63,506 nt of DNA, filler included, from Octopus bimaculoides (GCF_001194135.2; 5 parts of 5 records of this genome joined end to end with filler, not necessarily neighbours in it), one strand, 5' to 3'. Positions 11,586-24,644 are shown, numbered from the whole stretch's first letter. Numbers and translations: made by a program. The notes: generated by a model not told the origin, from the letters alone.

Positions 11586-12641
11586 ATGGGTTGTAAAAAA
11601 TTAATTGATGAAAAATTAATTGCAATATATTGGTCCAGTTAATTGATTGGAGTCGTCCTGCCAATTAAATAATTGACTGCTATCATATCAGTTAATTGCA
11701 ACATTGCGAGCGAAAGTTTTTCAAATGGCTCATACTTCATTCAACGTTCAAATGGAAAATACAGCGTTCTATTATTATTTGAGGTATTGTGTTGGCGCTT
11801 TGTTCTGACTGCTGAGAATGATTCACACATTTTGTAGTGTTTAGGAATTGACTATTGTGTATGCTGTCAAATAATCGCTGCCGAGAATGATTCACACATT
11901 CTGTCTTCAAGTCATTAAATCGTAACTTCGCTTGCAACACGGTTGTATCTTGAATTCCGCTCCAACATATTAACTGAATCAGACTCTCATCAGTTGAGTG
12001 GCGAAATATCTTCTATTTTAAACTGTGACGAAATACCTTTTATTTTAAACTAACCCATGCCTCGTGAAAACGAGCAAATCGTCAGAAAATATTTTAACCA
12101 AACTGACAGTGAACATGTATGGAAATGTAAGTGTGGAAAAATTTTGACCCGGAAAAAAGGAACTGGATGGATAAATCTTATGAATTATATAAAAAAAACC
12201 CAGCATCCAAAGAATTCTACAACACAAGCAACTGGACAACCATCTTTATCAAGTTTTCTTTCACCAAGAAGTTGTTTGGTCAGTCGTTTGGCCTTAAATG
12301 TTTCTGGTTGGATTGAGTGGGTATGTGTTGGTTTAAAACCATTTTCCTTTACTAAAGACCCACTGACTCGCAAGTACACAAACTTGGAAAGTATAACAAA
12401 TGTGATCTTAAAGAAATACACGGAGAAACTTACTCAAGAAGTGGAAAAGAAAATATCTGATGAACTTCCATGTAAATTTTCGTTGATGATCGACGGTTGG
12501 AATAAGGGTTCGACGCATTTGATTGGACTTTTTGCATCTTATTCGTGCAATTATCAAAATGACTATTGTGATGTTTTGCAGGTATTTTCGTCAATGGAAA
12601 GTAAAACATCATTCATTAATATTATTTATATTATCATATGA
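11586..12641 (+). mobile_element. hAT-like DNA transposon fragment with the N-terminal half of the transposase (ORF 12057-12641)
   Basis: BED-finger-like WKCKCGK...WINLMNYIKKTQHP and FSLMIDGW (first catalytic Asp context of hAT transposases). The rest of the DDE domain is absent. The left end begins CATGGGTTGTA at the LINE break. Confidence 0.7.
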
Positions 12642-13019
12642 TCGAACGCCACGCATCCGTTTCCAAGTAAGTTTTATCTTAATAATTATTACTGCGCACT
12701 CTACTACTATTACTATCACTTCCCTGTCTATCTCTCTCCCTCTCTTGTTCGTCATCCTTTCTGTTTTTCTCTCCCAACCCTTCCCTAGTCTTCTCTTCCT
12801 TTCACCGTTCCCTCTCTCTCACTCCTCCTCCTTGACCCTCTCGTCGCTGACACGTGACGAAAAGGATACCTTCTTTCTATTTCCTGCCTTCCCATAGAGA
12901 AGACATGATTTTTTTTGTCTCTCACTCACATCTAACTAGCGTTCAAAATAATAATTTTTCTATCGTCTTGGCCTAACAACCCTTACCGTTTATTTTCACT
13001 GTCTTATCTTGTTTTTACT

Positions 13020-13445
13020 GTCTTTTACTATCTTGTTCTCAATGTCCTGTTCTTGTTTACACTTTCACCCTCCACAAAAAATTCAAAATTTTATTTAATT
13101 TGCTTTGCGGGAAGACTGTTCCAACGAAGTCGCCTTCGAAACGCGGAGTAGATGGAACAGGGACAACTGATGAAGGGAAATATTCTTTATGTTGCATGTC
13201 TCGTTTCTCTGTTTGTTTTTTTCGTTGTTCGAAAAAAAATTCGTTTTCTTTCTTCGTCTTTATCTTTTCGTTTCTCATTGTGTTTACGTTTTTTGTGATG
13301 TCCTGTACCCATATATGCATAGATGTAGGTATGTAGCTATGCACATATATGTATGGATATATGCGTATATAGATGTAGGTATGTACATATATGTATGGAT
13401 ATATGCATATATTTATATATTATTTATATTATGTATATATATATA
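13020..13445. repeat. Unclassified dispersed repeat, copy 1 (copy 2 at ~22985-23370)
   Basis: ccttcgaaacgcggagtagatg(g/a)aacagggacaactga(t/c)gaaggg... and flanks are shared. Both copies end in (TA)n at a gap. Confidence 0.8.
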
Positions 13446-15098
13446 NNNNNNNNNNNNNNNNNNNNNNNNNNNNNNNNNNNNNNNNNNNNNNNNNNNNNNN
13501 NNNNNNNNNNNNNNNNNNNNNNNNNNNNNNNNNNNNNNNNNNNNNNNNNNNNNNNNNNNNNNNNNNNNNNNNNNNNNNNNNNNNNNNNNNNNNNNNNNNN
13601 NNNNNNNNNNNNNNNNNNNNNNNNNNNNNNNNNNNNNNNNNNNNNNNNNNNNNNNNNNNNNNNNNNNNNNNNNNNNNNNNNNNNNNNNNNNNNNNNNNNN
13701 NNNNNNNNNNNNNNNNNNNNNNNNNNNNNNNNNNNNNNNNNNNNNNNNNNNNNNNNNNNNNNNNNNTTTATATATATATATATATATGTATGTATATATG
13801 TATGTATGAATGCATGTATGTATGAATGCGTGTATGTATGTATGTATGTATGCATACATGTATGCATGCATACATGTATGCATGCATGTTCTTTGTCCTT
13901 TCATGATGGAGTACAAGTTTATTTGGAAAATCGAAGAGAACGTAGGCCCAAAACAGAAAAATATATAAAAAGATTAAGAAACACTGCAACAAATAGTGAC
14001 AACGGAACCTTATGAAGCCGTATTAATTTACAAATCATCAACTCAGCCATTAATAAACACACCTGCATTATTCTTCAAACTTTTAAAAGAAAATTACTTT
14101 CATGTCATTTGAAACCTTCATATCAGTCATCGTCTTCATTGAAGTTTATCGCCAGTGTCGAATTCAGAGAAAGGCCAAGTGGCGGAGGTGCTTTTTCTTG
14201 CAAGTTTTAGCTGCCTTTCTTACTAAGACTTCCATTGAAAATGTGATAATGTACTGAGGTGATTAATTCTTTTCCTTTTCTGTTGGAGTGTTAGTAAAGT
14301 AGAGGTGATATGTATCCTCCCTGTTCGTTGGTAAATATTTCAGTACATATGTATGTATGCATGTATGTATGTATGTATGTATGTATATTATTGTGTCTGG
14401 GGGGAGTCATTCTCTTTTAGTGCCTTATTACTTAACACACTCACCGGTTCGATTTCCACTCATTTACTTATTTATTTTTTCTAGATATATATCTCGTATC
14501 CGAGAATTTATTATTTCTTTTTGCTGAACGCTTTCTTTATGATGACTCTGTAGAGCAATTTTTACAAAGAAGAGTCGATGGCATTGACTGCATGATAATG
14601 TTGGTGGAGGATGAATTTGATTTTGTCGAGCTTTTCTCCCCTGTCCTTTGAATTCTTCCTTTTCTCTTCTGGTGGCTTCGAAGGTTTTGGTTCCGATGGT
14701 GATGGAGCACTGCCACTTGGCACGATCACAGGCTTGTGTTTCAAACGCTTTAGGCTCAGGTCCAGTGGCTTTCAGTGTTGTTTCGTATTGGTTCTTGTAT
14801 CTTCGAAGAGTGCAGTCCCGTTGTCTTTACGCACACGCACACGCACGCACGCACGCACTCACAAACGCGCGCGTGCGCGAGCACATAGTTGCAAAACAAG
14901 TGGAGAAAAATGTACATTTGTACACATATTTAGAGCATAGTATTGCGCAAAATACGACTGTCTTATGATCGGTTATGTGAAACTATCGATAAGAGTTTGT
15001 GAATTATTTTCAGCATCAGTATAACAGTATGTGTATACCTATGTGGTATGTATATATATTTGTAAGTATGCATGCATAATATATATGGAAGTATATGT

Positions 15099-15148
<50 letters not shown>

Positions 15149-15566
15149 ATAGAACTGCATCTGGTTCAGGATTTTCATGGTTTTCAGGAGTGTGGAACCA
15201 CCTCTCAGCCGCTATTGTTCCCAGATAAACTTTGGCCCAGAGTAGTAGCACCTGTCAAGGTCCCAGCTAAGCGTTAACTATCTTATGAGCGACAGGACCT
15301 AAAAATACTCGGATTGGTGCACGAAGACCTAGTAAACTCAGTTAGAGTGAAGGATTCCCGGTCTTTGTAAAGGCATCCCTCTAAGTGAAGGTGTAACCTG
15401 CTACTCTACTCAATCGGATATCTTGAACTCACCTGTCAGCAATGGTCATGCTCACCTAACGAGTAGGCAGGCGTCATAGATTTAGCCAATAAAAACACAC
15501 GCAGTGTATATTTGGTGTTAATTTGCTTCAGCTTTATATTACATTACATTACATTAATCCTATTTC

Positions 15567-15611
15567 GGCCAGAGTTCTTTCGTCACACTACTGTGACCTC
15601 ATCAGTGGTCC
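15567..15611 (-). ncRNA. Minimal type I hammerhead ribozyme motif
   Basis: Minus strand: GGACCA CUGAUGA G GUCACA-GUAG-UGUGAC GAA AGAACU C UGGCC. Intact core, 6-bp stem II, stem I of 5 bp with one bulge, CUC cleavage triplet. Confidence 0.7.
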
Positions 15612-16135
15612 TTTGCTTTCTTCTTTCTTATGTGCGTCCCTCCTTTGCTAACGATCAGCCATTTTGTATTTTGTATTCCTATTGTATGTGTCTACGCATG
15701 CGTATCCCTCTATGTGTGTCTATGTTTTGTAAGTGCATGTGTGTGTATGGGGAGTGCCTGTATTATCTATATCCTCTGTTAATACATGTTCGTTTATTTT
15801 TGTTTTTATTTATTTATTTAGTTGTTCATGTGTTTATACCTACTTCTTTTTTTTTTTTGTGAAGATAAACCTAGCCTGAATAGGAAACTGGAATGGAACA
15901 CTAACACACACCCCCAACAAACCACAACATATGACAATAAGTTCCCCATAAACCTCTGTCTGAGGTGCTTGTTGCGACTTGACAAACAGTACAAACCCCT
16001 GGTAGACAGAAAATCTTCAATCTACATCAAAATATTGGATGCTACGAGACATCTTAATAATAATAACAAGCATTTAAAAAAATTTTGGCACAAAATCAGC
16101 AACCTCACGATATTGTATTCTGTGCGACGTCTATC

Positions 16136-16169
<34 letters not shown>

Positions 16170-16182
16170 TGATGATAATAAT

Positions 16183-16395
16183 CCTTTCTACATTAGGCAC
16201 AAGACCTGAAATTGGGGGAGTGCGATAGTAGATTACATCGACCCCAGTACACAACTGGTACTTAGTTTATCGACCCCGAAAAGATGAAAGGCAAAGTCGA
16301 CCTCGGCGAAATTTGAACTCAGAACGTAGCGGCGGACGAAATACCGCTAAGCATTTCGTCCGGCATGTTTAACGATTCAGCCAGCTCGCTGCCTT
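16183..16395 (-). mobile_element. tRNA-derived SINE family B (head aaggcagcgagctgg..., TTA-repeat tail)
   Basis: Shares gttctgagttcaaatt, gtcgactttgcctttcatc and tcggggtcgataaa with seven other copies in the window. The tail runs into (TTA)n. Confidence 0.85.
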
Positions 16396-16879
16396 AATAA
16401 GAATAATAATAATAATGATGATGATGATGATGAGGAGGAGGAGGAGGAGGAGGATATATCGAATAGGATGTTATTTTTAACAATGTACTAAAATAAAGTA
16501 TGAGATTAATTCTCTTCCACCGAAAACATAACATTCTGATATCGTACGGGTCCATTTCAGCATATTTTGTGTTGTTCTCTATTGGGAGTTCTCGAACGAG
16601 GCTTTCACAAACAACGACACAGAAATCTAGAAAAGCGTTACCTTATTTTTGGTGTGTGGTAATGTCGTGTTGATAAATGTAAACCGACCGATTTGATCAG
16701 CCTAAGCTAGAAATAGGGTTAAATGCGAATACAGACGGTTTAGTTTTTTTTTTTAAATGACAAAAACACAACAATGAATATTGTGTTGATTAATTTTGCA
16801 GCTGATACCAATGGCGGTAGACAAGTATCGTTAACAGGCATTCCATTTCCTTTTTCCAGTGGATATATACATACATACA

Positions 16880-16912
<33 letters not shown>

Positions 16913-17261
16913 GCATGCACACGTACGTAAGTACAAGAATACATATATACTTGTAGACATACATATACACACATAATAGCATACATATGTATATATATAT
17001 ATATATATATATATNNNNNNNNNNNNNNNNNNNNNNNNNNNNNNNNNNNNNNNNNNNNNNNNNNNNNNNNNNNNNNNNNNNNNNNNNNNNNNNNNNNNNN
17101 NNNNNNNNNNNNNNNNNNNNNNNNNNNNNNNNNNNNNNNNNNNNNNNNNNNNNNNNNNNNNNNNNNNNNNNNNNNNNNNNNNNNNNNNNNNNNNNNNNNN
17201 NNNNNNNNNNNNNNNNNNNNNNNNNNNNNNNNNNNNNNNNNNNNNNNNNNNNNNNNNNNNN

Positions 17262-17322
17262 ACGGGGACGTAAACACACCACCATCGGTTGTCAAGCGTT
17301 GGTGGGAGGACAAACACAGACA

Positions 17323-17345
<23 letters not shown>
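17262..17345 (+). mobile_element. 3-prime end of a SINE-like repeat ending in (CA)n
   Basis: ggggacgtaaacacaccaccatcggttgtcaagcgttggtgggaggacaaacacagacaca. A reverse copy of the end is at ~55240-55285 and a body fragment at ~55945-56070. Confidence 0.55.
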
Positions 17346-17391
<46 letters not shown>

Positions 17392-17520
17392 ACATACATA
17401 CATACATACATACATACATACATACACATAAAATTAGAAATATTGCGTTTCTAAATCTCTCAGAGAGACTTATACAGTAGCAGCACGATAAAGCGATGGT
17501 TTGTTGCCAACTTACTGTGG

Positions 17521-17837
17521 CAGTCCCAGGAAAGGGAAGAATGCTACTGCTATTTAGCCCCAGGAAACATCGTTTCCAGTTGGCTATGTGACACAAGCGT
17601 TCGGTGTCCTTAAGTTTTCAAACAGGGGAGATAAGCACCTGCACCCAGCAAAGCCAGCATCCAGAAACTAGTTTCAGAATCATTGCTCTTCATCTGTCTG
17701 GAGTAGCTTGACAGCTAGCAAGCTTATTTCTCCTGTTTGAAAACTTAAGGACACAGGACGCTTGTGTCACATAGCCAACTGGAAACGATGTTTCCTGGGG
17801 CTAAATACCACTAGCATTCTTCCTTTTCCTGGGATTG
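17521..17837. repeat. 116-bp inverted repeat with 85-bp spacer
   Basis: 17521-17636 is the reverse complement of 17722-17837 with about 9 mismatches, including a long uninterrupted perfect block. Confidence 0.95.
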
Positions 17838-18407
17838 TGTGTTTGTGTGTGTATACACACACAAATAGACGCGCGCGCGCGCACATACACACACTCATAC
17901 ACATACAATATGTCTGCTAGTGTTATACGTATGTACATTTATGTTTACAAGCATGCAAATATGTGTTGAAAAATATACAACTTTCTACAAATATCTTTAT
18001 ATATATTTATGACAGTTTGCACAATGTATATGTGTTTTTTTTGGGGGGGGGGGTTTCTTGAGTTTCAAAGCGGTCGACATGGGGGAAAGAAAGAAAGAAA
18101 GAGAAAACAAACTGAAAGAAAGAAAACAAAGAAAATATAGACAGAAAGAAGCAAAAGAGCATATGACAGACACAATTTTTATCGTTGCAAGAGTCAGCCA
18201 CATCTTTGCAATAAATTGTAATTTTCAGGAACGTTGATTTGCAAAGTGAACGCCCTTCTGATGATGGTTTCATTGAGAAAAATTACCAGGAAAATAGTAC
18301 TGGTTATACTACTGGGTGACTTACTACAGAGAGTTCACAGTTTCCATTCATGCATACAAATAAGCAGACATACACATACACACACACGCAAACACATATT
18401 CATATAC

Positions 18408-18483
<76 letters not shown>

Positions 18484-18520
18484 ACATACATATATACATA
18501 TATATATACATATATATACG

Positions 18521-18551
<31 letters not shown>

Positions 18552-19025
18552 GCACACACATATATATATAAATAATATCAAAACATTCAGTAATCTTTCG
18601 GCTACAAAATAAAGTATGTTTTTTGCACAACGACTCCGTTTTACTACAAATATAACCTCGAAAGCGAGGTCGGGTCACACAATTTTGAGGTACTTAGCTA
18701 AGGGAGGCAACACTGTCTGAATAATTGTTATGTCTTACATAGAGCATAATGAGAAAATATTTAAAATACATGGAGTTTTATCAGGGAATGAAACTTCGAA
18801 GATATACCGTCAAATTTATTAGTATTATTAAGTAGATAATCTTTTAATGTGTAGTATGTATGTCTATGTTCTGTTTAGCCCGGAGTTGCCTCTGATATAG
18901 CAGACCCATCGCACACTTTTTTCTTTCTGAAATACAGTAAATCTGTATCTTTCTTCTGATGAAAGGATGTGTTTTAAGAGAGATTTGGCTGTTGTTTTTA
19001 GTAGCTCAAGTTACCACAGAGACAC

Positions 19026-19084
<59 letters not shown>

Positions 19085-19529
19085 GTGTAGAAAAAATACT
19101 TTTTCTCAGAATATTTTGCACAATATTTTTTTTTAAATCCAGGACATCTTTCTTACTGCTAACCATTCAACTTCAAATTACAATTGTTAATTGTTGGAAG
19201 TCAAGTAGACTGAGATGTACATATAATGCTATTGTATAGACTGCAAGTTCAATACGAAGTTTTGAACTCATTATCTTGTGGTTAGTAATCCATTACCTTA
19301 AATTTGAAGCCATTAAGTCTTTAAACATTTTACTGCGTTTAGTTTTTCAACTGTCTCCATAATGGAGTATCACCTTCAAAAATTTAATTGATCATACTAA
19401 CCTCAGTGCATATTTCAATTTGGCATTTATTTTATAGGTCTCTGCTTGATGAACTGCTAACTTTGAGACATAGTGGGACACAATACTCGATTTAACAAAT
19501 GTAAACACACACATTAGGTGCAAGAATGA

Positions 19530-19670
19530 CTGTGTGGTTGAGAAGTTTGATTCCAAACCACATGATTCCACGTTCAGTATCTGCATGGTACCTTGGGTTA
19601 GTGTTTTCAACTATAGACTTAGGCCAACCGCAGACTTGTGACTGAATTTGGTAGACGAAAACTGTATCGT
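19530..19670 (+). mobile_element. Diverged SINE family D copy
   Basis: ccacatgattcc...ccttggg...ctatag...ggccaacc...ttggtagacg aligns with 45541-45710. Confidence 0.5.
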
Positions 19671-19801
19671 TGTTCTTCAGAAAATGACCGAAAGACATGT
19701 TTATAAAGAAGAGTTGTTTACTTTATACTCCTCGTATGTCGATTCTGCCCATAAGAAAGGAACAAATAATACAATATGGCTGAAGGTCATAACACCCGGG
19801 C

Positions 19802-19901
19802 NNNNNNNNNNNNNNNNNNNNNNNNNNNNNNNNNNNNNNNNNNNNTTAATTAATTAANNNNNNNNNNNNNNNNNNNNNNNNNNNNNNNNNNNNNNNNNNN
19901 N
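19802..19901. other. Artificial scaffold-join cassette 44N-TTAATTAATTAA-44N
   Basis: Exactly 100 bp, identical at four sites. The 12-mer gives stop codons in all six frames. Confidence 0.9.
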
Positions 19902-20510
19902 ATATACAGATATATATATATACATATACATATATATATATGTACATACATAAATACGCAGATACCTATTTATATTTATGGAAAAATAACTGACACACCT
20001 CCTGTCATGAGTATGTGGATAAAGCAGGCCGTTAGTGTAAATAGAAATATATGTATCCATGTGTGTATACTCACTTGTGAGCATACACACACATATATAT
20101 ATGCATGCATATAAAGCTTATAGGTGTATAAGGATATAAACACACAAACACATATATAAGTACATTCCTTACATGCATTTAAGCATATATATGTATTTAT
20201 AAATACATAAATTCACAAACACACATTCACATATATATGGATGCACACACACACACACACACACATATATATGCATACACACATACATGTAGAGATAGAT
20301 CGATCGATCGATAGATAGATAGATAAATAGAAAGATTGATATAGATACGGACAGATGTGTGCTTTTGCCCTGTGTGTATGTACATAGTAATATAAATATT
20401 TTCTGAAAAAGCATGCATATATGTGTATGTACATATGCATGTATGGATGTTCGTAAGTACGTATGTATGTATGTATGTATGTATGTATTATGTGTGTGTA
20501 TGTTTGCCTG

Positions 20511-20569
<59 letters not shown>

Positions 20570-21123
20570 ATCTGCCTGTCTATCCACATACATGCATATG
20601 AAATAGCTGCACAAAGATACAAGTAGAGAATGTTTTTGATGCTGCGTTAGTTCTTTACCGTTTTTTTTTTATGTTTNNNNNNNNNNNNNNNNNNNNNNNN
20701 NNNNNNNNNNNNNNNNNNNNNNNNNNNNNNNNNNNNNNNNNNNNNNNNNNNNNNNNNNNNNNNNNNNNNNNNNNNNNNNNNNNNNNNNNNNNNNNNNNNN
20801 NNNNNNNNNNNNNNNNNNNNNNNNNNNNNNNNNNNNNNNNNNNNNNNNNNNNNNNNNNNNNNNNNNNNNNNNNNNNNNNNNNNNNNNNNNNNNNNNNNNN
20901 NNNNNNNNNNNNNNNNNNNNNNNNNNNNNNNNNNNNNNNNNNNNNNNNNNNNNNNNNNNNNNNNNNNNNNNNNNNNNNNNNNNNNNNNNNNNNNNNNNNN
21001 NNNNNNNNNNNNNNNNNNNNNNNNNNNNNNNNNNNNNNNNNNNNNNNNNNNNNNNNNNNNNNNNNNNNNNNNNNNNNNNNNNNNNNNNNNNNNNNNNNNN
21101 NNNNNNNNNNNNNNNNNNNNNNN

Positions 21124-21163
<40 letters not shown>

Positions 21164-21259
21164 ATATATATATATATATATTACATATATACATATATAT
21201 ATAAATTATATATGTACATATTCATGAAAATGTACATACATGCATACGTACATACATAC

Positions 21260-21299
<40 letters not shown>

Positions 21300-21835
21300 C
21301 TCTGTGTGTGTGTTTGTGTGTGTGTATGTGTGAAGATAAATACACACACTCATATCACACATATATACATACGTACATACATACATACATACGTACATGT
21401 TGCCAATTGACAACCTAAACACATGCTAAAATGAAGCATTTCATCCTTGTCTTTTATTTTCTTTACTATTCTGATGAAGTAGGTTTTTTTCACTGTGTAG
21501 TTTTTGTCGTTGTTGTTGTTATAGTCGTATGGTTGGTTGTTTGTTTTGTTGTTTGTGCCGTTGTCGTTGCTTCTGTTCTTTTTCAGCTTCACATGGTATT
21601 GTTGGTGATACTTTGAGACGCACGCTGAAGACTTTGTGGACAAAGGAGCGAAGCCAAGTCATACAACAGCAGAAGCAACCATTACAAGAATAACAACATT
21701 GACACAGTCAATACAACAAATGCCCATGCGTGAGTGTACACGAAATGTGCCAGCACTACACACACTCACGTATGCAAACACCCAGACACACTCACACACA
21801 CATACATGCATACATACATTTCTATAAATACGTGA

Positions 21836-21868
<33 letters not shown>

Positions 21869-21873
21869 GTATG

Positions 21874-21906
<33 letters not shown>

Positions 21907-22335
21907 ATATATATATATGCATATATGTGTGTATATACATACAAACATGCATTCATAATATATTAATGCTAAGTTTGTTAAGATTTAATTCACAATAGTA
22001 ACTGACAGCAATTACTTATGGTTGGCGTCAGATATGTGTGAACATTGCTCAAGAGTCAAAACTTGAAGCCTACGTTGACAATACACACACACACACACCG
22101 ATGAAGGCAAAGCATTATTTATGCAAAGCCAGAAATCCCGAATCTGGAATTATCTTGTTATTTTTACTGGTTTATTTTGTCTTCGTCTTCGCTCCTTGTG
22201 CTATGTGGACATTTATTGTGGTTTTAGAGTCAGGATTTGACTATTTTTCAGCGTGGCGGTATCTCTTAGATACCCTGTGTTATAATTTTAAATAATTATT
22301 ACCTTTGATGGTTTTAATTCCCATGCTGGCCACTT

Positions 22336-22368
22336 GATAAGATCGATATTTTAAATATCGATCTTATC
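22336..22368. repeat. 33-bp near-perfect palindrome (repeated at 22786-22818)
   Basis: gataagatcgatattt-t-aaatatcgatcttatc: 16-bp perfect arms with a 1-nt centre. Confidence 0.95.
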
Positions 22369-22984
22369 CTTATTTATATAAATTTGTTTTTGTCAGTGTA
22401 TTTACTGCGCTGATATTCTGTCCGTATCGCACGAGGAGTTTTTAGGCGGGCTATTNNNNNNNNNNNNNNNNNNNNNNNNNNNNNNNNNNNNNNNNNNNNN
22501 NNNNNNNNNNNNNNNNNNNNNNNNNNNNNNNNNNNNNNNNNNNNNNNNNNNNNNNNNNNNNNNNNNNNNNNNNNNNNNNNNNNNNNNNNNNNNNNNNNNN
22601 NNNNNNNNNNNNNNNNNNNNNNNNNNNNNNNNNNNNNNNNNNNNNNNNNNNNNNNNNNNNNNNNNNNNNNNNNNNNNNNNNNNNNNNNNNCTATTTTTCA
22701 GCGTGGCGGTATCTCTTAGATACCCTGTGTTATAATTTTAAATAATTATTACCTTTGATGGTTTTAATTCCCATGCTGGCCACTTGATAAGATCGATATT
22801 TTAAATATCGATCTTATCCTTATATATATATATATATATATATATTTAATACTGTGAAACTTAATTTAATTTTAATTTTTAATAAATTGATTTTAATTGA
22901 GTTTTTACCTGTAATTTCGGATTTTTATCCCTAATATTATTACACCTAATATTATTAACGCCGATGTTATCCAAGTCTTGGCTC

Positions 22985-23370
22985 AACAGCCCTCACCGTT
23001 TGTTTTTACTGTCTTGTTTTTGTTACCACTTTCATTCTCCGCAAAAAATCCCAAATTTTATTTAATTTGCTTTGCAGGAAGAACTGTTTCAACGAAGTCG
23101 CGTATTGTCCTTGCCTTCGAAACGCGGAGTAGATGAAACAGGGACAACTGACGAAGGGGTATACTCTTTATGTTGCCTGTCTCGTTTCTCTGTTTGTTTG
23201 TTTTTCATTGTTCGAAAAAAGTTCGTTTTCTATGTTTTCGTTTCTCATTGTCTTTAAGGGTTTTTTTTATGTCCTGTACCTAGATATGTAAGTATACATA
23301 TAGATGTAGGTATGTACATATATGTATGGATATATGCAAATATTTATATATCATTTATATATATATATAT
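22985..23370. repeat. Unclassified dispersed repeat, copy 2
   Basis: Aligns with 13020-13445 in the same orientation. Confidence 0.8.
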
Positions 23371-23991
23371 ATATNNNNNNNNNNNNNNNNNNNNNNNNNN
23401 NNNNNNNNNNNNNNNNNNNNNNNNNNNNNNNNNNNNNNNNNNNNNNNNNNNNNNNNNNNNNNNNNNNNNNNNNNNNNNNNNNNNNNNNNNNNNNNNNNNN
23501 NNNNNNNNNNNNNNNNNNNNNNNNNNNNNNNNNNNNNNNNNNNNNNNNNNNNNNNNNNNNNNNNNNNNNNNNNNNNNNNNNNNNNNNNNNNNNNNNNNNN
23601 NNNNNNNNNNNNNNNNNNNNNNNNNNNNNNNNNNNNNNNNNNNNNNNNNNNNNNNNNNNNNNNNNNNNNNNNNNNNNNNNNNNNNNNNNNNNNNNNNNNN
23701 NNNNNNNNNNNNNNNNNNNNNNNNNNNNNNNNNNNNNNNNNNNNNNNNNNNNNNNNNNNNNNNNNNNNNNNNNNNNNNNNNNNNNNNNNNNNNNNNNNNN
23801 NNNNNNNNNNNNNNNNNNNNNNNNNNNNNNNNNNNNNNNNNNNNNNNNNNNNNNNNNNNNNNNNNNNNNNNNNNNNNNNNNNNNNNNNNNNNNNNNNNNA
23901 TATATATATATATATATATATACATATATGTCTCTGTGTGTATGCTTCTGTGTGTGTATATATATATATAAATATATACATACACACACAC

Positions 23992-24036
<45 letters not shown>

Positions 24037-24432
24037 CTGCTGATGGTGTGCGAATAGTACTAATAGTTTACCGATTCAGATAGATAAAAAAAAATACTTA
24101 ATCGATCATCGGACGATATAAGACAGGTGACCTCCCACGAAAACAATTTGCAGAAAATATAAATCATTTCTTGTCATGTGTCATAACTGCGATGTGCTGA
24201 AATTGATAAAACTCCACAACGCCTTCTAGATTGACTTGGATATAGTTTCCTTTCGAATTGACATAATTTAAGCAGAGAAGAATCTTTAAAAGGATTTGGA
24301 AGAGATTATATATATTTGTATCTTTATCTATTCTCACATATACACACATATACATATACATAAATATATACAATATATATATATATTTACATTGATATAT
24401 ATGTTGTGTGCGTGCCTTTGTAGGTATATACT

Positions 24433-24476
<44 letters not shown>

Positions 24477-24534
24477 TATATGTACATATATATATATACA
24501 TATATATGTGCATATGTATATATACATATGTACG

Positions 24535-24602
<68 letters not shown>

Positions 24603-24610
24603 TATATAGT

Positions 24611-24644
<34 letters not shown>

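Noticed and set aside
18229-18319. Plus-strand acceptor followed by NVDLQSERPSDDGFIEKNYQENSTGYTTG*
   Set aside because: Short, no recognisable homology, and such acceptors are frequent by chance in AT-rich DNA.
21587-21693. Plus-strand acceptor followed by SHGIVGDTLRRTLKTLWTKERSQVIQQQKQPLQE*, including CTGAAGA plus a stem
   Set aside because: No homology recognised. The hammerhead-like part has GAGC where GAAA is required.
24164-24300. EGVVEFYQFQH as a possible Wnt exon (EECQYQF-like)
   Set aside because: Lacks the cysteines and the following RWNCS, and has no splice sites in the right places.
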